Positions 50,633 through 61,400 of a stretch of 64,000 bases of DNA are shown in pieces. The translations under genes and the position numbers were made by a program. The notes under the pieces are model-generated. The model saw nothing but the letters and a program-made list of their open reading frames with translations. It was not told where the DNA came from and did no database searches. This stretch comes from Tubiluchus corallicola (Eukaryota > Animalia > Priapulida), in the NCBI GenBank assembly GCA_030141605.1, contig JAQGDQ010000314.1, forward strand, positions 1 through 64,000, read 5' to 3'. Within the stretch, counting starts at the first letter, position 1. Each line of letters opens with the position of its first letter.

Positions 50633-52371
50633 AGAATTGGTTCACAATGGAAATGTCTTCTAGGTTTAGCAATATGCTGGAACCGCTGTTTGATGGTTAT
50701 GATGGCCACAGTGTCAAAAGTAATACCGCTGTTGCCTTATTTGAATAGCACTTACTACAGCATTATGTCAAACACTAATACCTGAGAAGAAATCAAGAAA
50801 CGAACAGGTGATCACATATTTGGGTGTTTAGAAGAAAGAATTAAATACTCCATTTGACTTAAACAATGTAGATACTTGGCATGTGGCAGCAGATCAGAGA
50901 ACAAGGCATCAAATTATGAGTCGTGCTATACAACGAAGCACCTAATGTGATGTTCTCTTATTCATTTTTGATTAATTTGTCTATAAATCAAATTTGATTA
51001 TCAATAAGCTCCCACTCACAACTTGTTTTTATTTTGTTGCTCATGTTACGAGTATGTTAAACGTAATGCGGGTGTGAAGGTAATACCTTGGAAATGGGCA
51101 TCAACGCAATAAACACGCAATTTTAGAGAGGTCTTCTTCAAAGTATATTAAAAATAAGATTGCTATTCTCTGTTACAAATGAAGAACAGTTTGCTACTAA
51201 AACGAAGTTGATTGCAACATTTTGGGTTGCTGAGATGGATAGGCAACTTTAACTTGAGATAAGAAATGGATGGGTTTGAGTTTGTATGCATTTGAATTTG
51301 TGAATACTGCTACGCTTTGCACATGTTTGTATAAAGTGGCGCAAATAATAACCATTTAAAAATAGAATTATTTTGGATAATTTATCGGGGTATGAATAAA
51401 CAATCGACACGTTTCTGAAAAAAGCCTGAGAGATTATAATTACGTAATACTGTGTTCAGATGGAATCCGTGTTGTTCTGTTACATGTATCGAATTGATTT
51501 TATTACTGTACTTGAAAAAGTTGGCAGTCTGTTTACTACGGCACAGGACAAGTGGCAGACTGTGACAAGTAGAGGAGGCAGGACAGAGTAGAGATTAGAG
51601 TACGGGCAGGAGGATGTGATTGTAAAACAAATGATATTTTAAAGCGAGAATGTAATTTAACAATATTTTGCAACTGTTCCAACTACCATTACTGCAATAT
51701 TTTGCCCTTTTTTCTTGTGAGATATAGTGCTACGCATTCTAGTATTTTTTTAGTAGTTTTTAAAGATTTTTTGAGTTTTTCCTTTGTCGCGTGATTTTTC
51801 CTGTGCTGCGTTGTTGTTGCTGCTGCAGTATTTTCCTAAGTCTTAACCCTAGCCTGGTAACTACTGCTAACTTCTTGCGGAAAATTCGTTCTGCAACATG
51901 TTTGAGAAGAGCGGAAATGTACAGGAACTGAAAAAGAGAACGACGCCAGTTTTTTTTAATGCTAGTGCCTGTTTGCTTTTTTACAAAGTAGTGAATTTCG
52001 TAAGTAATTATTATCATATGTTACACAGATGTTGATGACGCTGTTTTTTATCGACTGAAATAATAAAAATAAAACATTCTAACGCTAGCTAGCCGATTGG
52101 ATTTCGGCGATGGTCGATTGAGCATTATGCAAAAAATAATAATTTTACTGCATAAATGGGAAAGCCTAAGTCTAAGAGATGTCAGAAAAGAACGCTATAT
52201 TAATAAATACCTCCTCTAATTTCAATGACAGTTGTCAATAGAATGAAATATCATCTATCTGAACTATTAAACTAATTTTGTCAAAAAGATTATCTGAGAA
52301 AGTCGGGACCATGATTGACTTTAAACCTGGATTATACGGCCGTATAAAAATTACTAAAAATGAAAAAATAC

Positions 52372-52510
52372 ATGATAATGATGATGATGACGTTGGTGAT
52401 GATAATGATGATGATGATGACGATGGTTATGATGATAATGATGACGATGAAGATGAGGAGCAGGAGGTGGATGATGGTGATGATGATGATATGATAACGA
52501 TGATGATGAC
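52372..52510. repeat. Imperfect (GAT)n microsatellite
   Basis: GAT/GAC/GAG triplets; these produce the spurious poly-D and poly-H ORFs. Confidence 0.92.
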
Positions 52511-52820
52511 CAGAAGTTTTTTCCCAAAGATAGCATTCATAAACCGAATATCATTAACTGAACATCATCACAACAACAGCATGTACGTTTTCAGGTAAAC
52601 TCACGTGAACTTCAAAAAAACAACCAATTAAGCTTGTAATTCATCATTAAATAAATAAAGTATATTTTTGCAGGACTGGACCAGAAAACTCACGAGATAA
52701 TAAATTCAATTATTTAAAAATGATTTCAACTGGCTTCACACAATTGGCTTCAACTGGTTGTCTCTGAATTCTGCTGCATTGGCCACCTTGGCCATCTGCT
52801 CCTTCCCATTTGTTTAAATT

Positions 52821-54900
52821 TCATTTTTCCAGCCTTTGGTCCCACTGTGCTTCAGTTAGTATGAAAGATGGTTGTGATCTCAACTCTGTTGTAATGCATT
52901 CCGCCATGTTTCTGCCATAATAGTTCCCTGTCTCTCTGAAAGAAATAAATGCTTGTTAGTCGTGGACAGTTTAGGACTCTCAAAAAATTATAACAATTTA
53001 TTAAGTACGAAAATAATTTTATTCCAGTATCGTTTTTTGGTCTTGATAGAAATTTTATTTCAGTTTAGCAAGTAATATGGTTATAGTGAACATAAGTTTT
53101 TATATGGAATGCAGCAGTTGATGAAAATGCCTGTACTTGCTTAGTGTGTAGATTGAAGTTGATGCAGAAGTGTTAAAGCCACTCAATACAGAATTTGTGA
53201 TGACGAAATAATTTTACTTGTACAAATCTTTATTTCAGAAACGTATTTAAACATACTCAACTAGGTTTAACCATGCTGCTCCTCTGGATGGCCATACTAA
53301 CTAGTTCTCCTGTACTAGCTTTGTTTTTTCTTAGCATCAATTTTCATTTTTCCACTTTTAGGTCTACATATTACAAGCCGCAAAATTAACTGTGTTTCAA
53401 TTTCTAATAACGACACGTTTACATTAGCGAGTTTTTTCGCCCGAGTTAACTCGCCATGCAACTCACAATCGTGTTCAGACTAGAGAGCAAAACTTGCTGC
53501 GAGTTACTCTCCGATAGTAAGCACGAGCTGCTACTCCTTTCTCTGTTCACTGCGTATTATTGTCGAGAGCAACTCGGCAAGGCATTCACACTAGACATTA
53601 ACTCACAGGAATTGGACTCGCAGCAACTTCGGAGAATTTACACTAACTTGTTGACCAATATATAAGGATTTTTAGGAAAAAATTCTTAATCAAATTCTAA
53701 AAGATATAAGAATAAAGCAATAAAACATCCAAAATAAGTTATTTATTTTAAACCAAAGTTAACTATCAGTGATGAAATAAAACTACAATTTGATTTCTGA
53801 AACCAAATTTGTCCAAAAGGAAAGTAGTGTGGAAAGTCTAGACGAAACTAAATTATGGTTTAAACCAAAGATTTTTGGGTTACAAGTATAAATAAGAATT
53901 ATTCAAGACAAATAGGTACGATGAAGTGATGACGATGAGGTTGATGATGACGACGATAATGACGACGACGACGACGACGACAATGATGATGTTTTTGTTG
54001 TTGCTGCTGCTGATGATGATGATGGTGGTGGTGGTGGTGGTGATGATGGCTATGATAATGAGCTAAGATTATCATCATTATCACATTAACAAACCAAAAA
54101 GAAATTAATGTACTTAATTATTGTTTGTATGCACTTTCTCAGGCAAAACTGGCACACGCTGAAACAGAAATGATAAAGCTCATGTTAATATCACTATCAT
54201 CAATGGACAAATAAAGTATGACTGTTATTCAGGACTGCACCGAGGACTGCATGGGATAATAATCCAATCATCCAAATATGATTGCTCCTGGAATTCTGGA
54301 AGCGGTTTCTTGGCCACCTTGTGTCATTCATGAAGCAGTCACGACTATTCAGCTAGAATTAACAGCGATCGTTCAGGTTCTGATACTGCCACCTATCGCA
54401 TTGTTCAGCGCATATTTCTCCATTTGTTTGCATTTCGCGTATTCCAGTCTTTGACATTTTTATTCCACTATGGCTCACGATTCATACAGCATGAAAGGGG
54501 ATCTAACTTCGGCTATGTTTGTGTTATTGTATTCCGCATTGCTTCTGGCGTAATAATTGTTGTTTATCTGCAAAAATAAATGCTTGTCAGTCCAGGACAG
54601 TTTAGTTTCTCAAAAAACTATAAATTTATGAAATACAAAAACCATTTTTTCAGCACCTTTTTTGGTCTTATTTGACGAATTTATTTAAATTTAACAAATT
54701 AAACATAGCCAATGTTAAAGTACGTTTATTTACTTGAGACAAATATAACATGAAGCTACCTGAATTATACGGGTTTTAAAATGTAGATTGAAGTTGATGC
54801 AAATACTGTTAAAGTTATCCAATACAGAAAACCCTAACTGGATTATGAAGTAATTTTACTTGTACAGATCTTTATTTCAGAAAGGTATTTTGAAATAGGT
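52821..54900 (-). repeat. Diverged tandem duplication (about 1.6 kb period) of an acceptor-plus-exon-like cassette
   Basis: 52935-53260 aligns with 54565-54900 (AAATAAATGCTTGT.AGTC..GGACAGTTTAG...TGTAGATTGAAGTTGATGCA...TTTTACTTGTACA.ATCTTTATTTCAGAAA). Each copy carries a minus-strand acceptor followed by homologous short frames. Confidence 0.75.
53925..54058. repeat. Compound trinucleotide microsatellite (GAT/GAC/GCT/GGT)
   Basis: Seen directly; source of the spurious poly-H/Q/R ORF. Confidence 0.9.
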
Positions 54901-55410
54901 CAAAATCTTGGCCTTGTACAGAATGATCAAATTAGCACAGTAACTCTTGCACCGAATTAGCGTACTAGTTTCTCTTAATTGTGTGAGCTTTACTTTTTTG
55001 CTTGGATTTTTAATTTTTCAGTTTTGGTCAACTTATTACCAATTGCACAGTATGAGGAGATTTCAGTTTCCAAGCCATAACACTAATAACAATTTGAGGA
55101 GTGCTCATACTTCGTTAGGTTCAGTTGAAATCTTTCTTATTGTCTTTTCAATTTTGTTTTTAGGTGTTCGGAATCTTTACAAGCAATTATAATTATCAAA
55201 AGAATATCTAATTCTTTTTTTGCAAAGACTGCGATTTTTATAAATTCTTTCTTTGGTTTCAGCAAATTAAATCAGCATAAGAACTTGTAGTGAAGAGCCT
55301 ACCTTTCAGAATTGTTACATCTCGAAATCGTTAATATAAATCATGAACGCAACTTTCTGTTAGATCGACCAACCTCGATAGCCCGAGAATTGACAATTAT
55401 TTTGTTTTCA

Positions 55411-58400
55411 TCATTCGTAGCTTCTGTCTTCACTTGATTCCAGCAGGTCACTTCTTTCCAGAGAGGAAACGTACTCCTCCATTGATTGTATGACTAACAA
55501 AAAATAGGCTGTCTGTTATGACACGACAATTACTAACAGTGCAAAACCCAAAACCCAAGTGTCTGCTTGTCAGTTTAAGAACTACCTAGGTTACAAATTA
55601 TGTCAGGTTCCATCACAGTGCATATTTGTCATTTTCTGAAAGCTGTATACAGTTGATGCTAAACAGGGTTTTCGCTGCAGTTATATATATATTTAACTTT
55701 TGTGAAGGACTTGTAAACTGTGAAGACACCTCGCTACTCAGATCGACACCCCCACATGGCTGTGTCAAACTAGTCAAAAGTTATTTAACTGTGCCAAAAT
55801 GGCATGCTCCTTACTTTTAGTGAAGGACTTGAAAACTGTTAATTAAGACCACTGATCGCCACTTGCACCGTTATTATTCCCCCATTTCCATATCTAAGTC
55901 TAGAACCCAATATTTGCTAAACTGCAAAAGCGACTCGAACAAAAAAATGGCAAGCAGATCCTTGCATAATTTTAAAAAGGCCTAAATGTTCACTAAATGT
56001 TCCGTTAGGCCGTATATTCGATTCTCTTACAGGTAATAAATTTAAAAAATGTTCTTACTTTTTCTTCTCTGTTTCCTTTTAACAAAGAAGGCTACTGTCA
56101 CGCAGCACATACAGGTCATAATTACCGGAACCAAAATGAGTGCCAATGTTCTGTAATTTGTCTTTTCAATCTCAACCTGCTCCAGCACATCTAGAAACGA
56201 GATATAGGATATTAAGTTTTGCCCATATGATTATTAAACCATCATTGTAATTTTATTGTATTCTGCTAAAAAATTAAAGTCGAGCAACTTCAAGGTTTTG
56301 AAAAAGTAAACCAGCGACAGAAAAGTGTTTTGGATGCTGGATGCACATGGATGCTGAACAATACTATAAGTCTGACTACGAATTGAAAATCTGAAAACAG
56401 CATCTGTTATTTTTCACTATTTTACAGACTATTCTAGTGACTACTTTAGAGGAATAACTTACCCAATTGAATAGTAAATTGGACTCCTTCCCATTTATTG
56501 TACAATGTCACTTTGTACAAATCTGTGTCTTTCTCTTCAGCAGGATCTATATTTACATCAGTGTAGTAGCAGAAGTTGTCAATAAGATAAACAGAGGCAG
56601 TGATGCGATCATGAAGGGTATTGTTCCTTTTATTTGGCGTGAGACTGATGTTGAATTCCTCGTCATTTGCTCTTGTCCATTTTATCTTTATGTATTCAGG
56701 TTTAGCACAAAATATAAAGAATATATGCAAAGGGTTTTCAACCAGGCCAGTATGTGTTCTTTTTGAACCAGGAGTCAATGTGGGTTTGCCTATTATAAAA
56801 AAAACTTTTTACAATTTCTTTCTAATAAATAATTATGATACAAATTTTATGATGGCGTTGCCTGTTCCCATTTAATCAACCCGAATTGATCTACAAGTTG
56901 ATACATGTCCAGTGAACTGCCGTGTAACTCGTGGCCATTATGTTTGAGAACGTTAAAGGCACATATACGCCCACTTATCCACTTCAAATCTTTAGTCTGT
57001 TTGGTTTCACGTAATGTGATTTCACAGATTAGGTCAGTGGCTCCCAAACTTTCTCGGACCGTTACCCAAATCGGGAAACCCGGTCATGTCCATTGCCCCC
57101 CCCCACCTAGTACTACTTCTATTTTTTGCTTATATTACAAATTAAGTCAAGAAGTCACGGGAATACATAGCTTATATTTTCATACCGTCAAATTAAAAAA
57201 TAAGATTAGAGGAGAGGTGTGCCTTTCTCGGAACTTTCACTGTTTTATTTATAATAGTTAAATTTTGATGATAAGGGTCCATAAAATTAAAGAGCTTCAA
57301 AGGTCTTAATGTGGCCCTGCTTTGACCGTAGAGTGTAACAACTGCTAAATCCATCTACTATTGTCACACTGACTGCAGTGCACAACCCATTATTTTGCAT
57401 TAATTTCCTTTAGACCAATTTAAAAAAAGTTTCTACTATTTTAGTAATACGTTCTGACGAATTGCATAAGGTACTTACAAAACATGTGCAATTTAAAAGT
57501 CGTAAACCCGTTTTTGTAAGATATTTTAATGATGTGCTCGTTCATATCTTCAGCCAACATCATTTGTATAGACAGCTCTACTTTGTAACAAACTTCCCCA
57601 CTTGGTGTTTTTGTAATCGTTGATTCAAAGCGACCACTTGTTACTGTCCCTTCACCAGTATGTACTGTCACGTTTTCCATTTTTGGTTTTCCTGGCTTTG
57701 CATACAGCCACTCAATATCTTCAAAATCTGGCACACCACAGAAGAGAACACGGAACTTATTGTCTTGGAATAAATTCACCCATATTTGATCTAAGCCCTC
57801 AAAGTGTATGATCCCTGCCAAAGAATTGAAATATTCATGACCCACTTATGCACTTTTGTACTGTTACTTACAACACATATAGGTTTTAATTGCTACAGTT
57901 TATCACTGTTAGCTATACAGTCAATGGCATGGTTCATGCATATATTCATACTGATTTTCATGCTGCAACTTGTGCTTTTGTAACAAGAAATGACAGGATT
58001 TTGCTGGCACCAAAGTTGTGTGACTTTGGCGAAGTGTGTACTAAACTTACAAACACCATCTACCTATCTACCATGGCGCTTATGAATCTGTTTTATGAAA
58101 CGTCTTAATATGGTTAATTATGATTTATAATTGTTGAATGGCTCTTCCACAAACGTAATGAATAGCGGGTGCTTTAAAACAGGTTTTTCTAGTATTCGCC
58201 AGTAATAAATAAATGGCGTGATTAAAAAACTTACACCTAAGCCATTTTTGAGTCTAGTTACTTGTGAGACTTCTTTGTTGTTAAGAATTCGCACACGTTG
58301 TACGGCAAGTACATTGTAGAAATGAATTTTTCGATATTGGTTGTAATATAAACGATTTTCTTGGGAAGTTATTAGTTACGTATTAGGTGTAAATCTGGCC

Positions 58401-61400
58401 CGGTCTTACAAGTCTGCTTCTGGAACTCGTGGTCAGTAGGTAGGGAAATACACGCAACTTTGATATCAACTTAAACACTGCCTATTTGCATTTTGGTTTT
58501 TCTTATTTAAAAAAAATCTAATTTCAGAAAGTGCCAATTATAGCAAACTGTCGAATTGACGTTTCAAACTGAAATTTACAGATTTTTATCGTCCTTGATT
58601 TTGTTTTACAATATCTAAAAGTGTATCACTCTTTTTGAATTATGCAGTGTACATTGTAAGACTTACGATCAAGATAGAGAGTATAATTGTAGAAACCACT
58701 GCCAATCCAGTTTTCAGCAACACATCTGTACACTCCTTCGTCATCAAATTGTAGTTTCTGTTTTGTAAGCACATCCCCGGAAGTAGTTATATTTTTATAA
58801 TACCATGTATACTTAGGTTCAGGATTAGCATTTGCATTACAAATGAGCTCCATGTGGCCTCCGCGTACAAACGTTTCACCACTGCCATGTACGCTAACAG
58901 AGTACTCCAAAAACCCTGTAAAAGGCGTATTACAGTTCCAACTAAACACTTAACAATTTTCGTACCAACCTTACGCCTTTTAACGATGGTTTGGGTTAGG
59001 AAACCACACAGCTTGTCCTAATCCTTCTCCTAATCCTATACTCCATAAATGCACCAATGTTGTGCACCTTTGCACGAATACACTAATATGTAGGCCTATG
59101 CATGTTCATCTGAATTTGGTTATAAATTTTGTTTCATTATAGATTACAAGATAATGAAATGATGTAAATTGCTGTTTTGACGTGACTTCAGTGGGCCCTT
59201 TTGTGTAAAAGTAAAAAGAGTCATGTCAGCCACTTGAACTGTTTTTTATGGAAAATACTTACATACAACATCTACCAAGGTACTGACGTTTTGAACAAGA
59301 TGCTGTGCAGTCGATGTGCATGTCAAAATTTTAACATCACGGCTATAGTCGAACTCGTAATTCAGTGTGGACGCCAGTCTGCTATGGGTAACACCTTTGG
59401 TTATTTGGTTATTACCTGAACGAGAGAGAAGAGATATTATTATTGTAGAAAATATAACGTGTGCACATGTTTGAGAACAGCAGCAAAGATGAGACACGGT
59501 ATTACAATTTCAGATAAGACAAGATAAGAGATAAGGAAGGCTCGGTAAGGTATTGCAAGTAGAGTAATATAAAGGAAAGACAAAGTAAACTAAGTTAGGG
59601 CAACGATTAGCAAGATTAAATGAGAAAAGGAAAGCTAAGACAAATGATGGTAATGTAAGTTAAGGTAAGTTAAAGTAAATAAATTAAGTTAGGTTAAGGT
59701 TCAGTAACGTCAGGTATGCTCAGGCAGGTAAGTTTTATTATAATTGCATGATAGCCAGTTACTGTGACAGTTCAAAAGTGTAGTCCTATAGAAATGATCA
59801 GAGCATCCATTTTAAACATGCAGAAAGCGGGATGTAAACTTTTTTCATGTGAAAAGCATACCTTTTTGACCTACGTCACTAAGATACCACTTCATGTCAG
59901 CGAAAATAGCCGTGCTATTATGAAGTTCACATTTGAAAGTTTGCGAATCTTTTTTGGCCAAAACAGTAGCAAAATCTGATATTAATTCATCGTTGAAGTA
60001 CAGAGATAAACGTCCAAACGCTAGAAAGTAACGAAACTTGTTAAGACTCAAAAGTTAGTGGAAATACAGCCATGGAAGAGGACAACAATTTGCTAGCTAG
60101 CAAAGATCACATTAGCCTTTGAAAAGTGTTTACAATTTCCCACACAAATTAAATAGCATAACCTAGCCCTAACCCAACCCTAATAATAACAATAACCCAA
60201 CTCTAACCCTACCCCTAATGCCAATCCTAACCCTAATCCTAATCCGCTCCATGAACCAATTTCTTGTATGTGAGGAATTCTAAACTTTAGCCTTACCTTC
60301 TTTCATCGCCAAATTGAATTGACGTAGGATTCATTCATCTCTGATCATTAGTACTAATGCTACATTACCTTGGACACTATTGGATGCAGAGCAAATAATC
60401 AGGCCTACAAATTTTTCCTTTGGGTGACCCGGAATTTGCACAACGATACCTCAACGATGTCTCTGCTTGTTGTACAGGCAACATTAACAGATTCAATTCT
60501 TGTCATGTGCAAATATGTTGCAGGATGCTACTCTTTCTACTGTACGTGGGCCTTAACTTGAGGTGAGAGTATTTGTTCCAGATATCGTATAAAAAGAGAA
60601 AAACTTCGTATCGCCAAATTGATGAGCAACTAAAAAAAGTTCAGCGTAGCAATCGAATACAGTTTTTGGAGGGTAGAACATGGCACCAACTGTTTGCCTA
60701 ACAGCACTTAGACTAAGACATACGACTTATACTAAAACATGGTGTTATTGTTTGCCTAACAGCACTTGGACTAAAACATACGACTTGTACTAGAACAAGG
60801 CACCAATGGTTTGCCTAACAGCAGCCATAAGACTTGTTCTAGAACATGGTGCCATTACCTACTTCTTAATTTGCAAGAGGGTAGCACTCAATCTGTGCAT
60901 GAGTGGCATTTAAATCCAGGGGATTACTCTTAATAATCAGATAAGATCCTGTCCTGCTACAATCATCTACCTTAAGTAGGCCATGCAGCAGGGTGCTGGA
61001 CTCTTGGTTGCACAGTGCCTTATGAAAAGTACCTGACGCACTTCTCCAAGATTTAAAGTAATGAAATATTTTGGTCTCCCTTATATTCGCGAAGCGTTTT
61101 CAGGAAGTTTAATTTAGAATATATTGTACTTTCTGTAATATTTTAAGTAGCTACCTTTTATAATTCAATTATAAAAAATGTAATTTTTAATATAATTTAT
61201 AATTATACTTATAAATATTTTATAAAACATTATAAATATTAGACGCCTGTTTCTATTTGTTCTACCAGTATCCACTGTTTAAATATGTCAAGCTTTGTTG
61301 ATTTTCTTAATTAGTATTTCAAAATGCCCAAGATAACAAAAAATGCTACTGTTGCTATTTCTCCATATGTCAAATGTACAACTGAAATAATTTGTAAAAA

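Noticed and set aside
52278-54084. Poly-Asp and poly-His ORFs
   Set aside because: Products of trinucleotide microsatellites.
56847-57047. ORF with Ig-like DLICEI...DLKW pattern as an extra receptor exon
   Set aside because: It overlaps the end of a Charlie-like MITE, has an upstream in-frame stop and no usable splice sites; the flanking exons join in phase without it.
60160-60245. True telomere or chromosome fusion scar
   Set aside because: Short, highly degenerate, single orientation and intronic.
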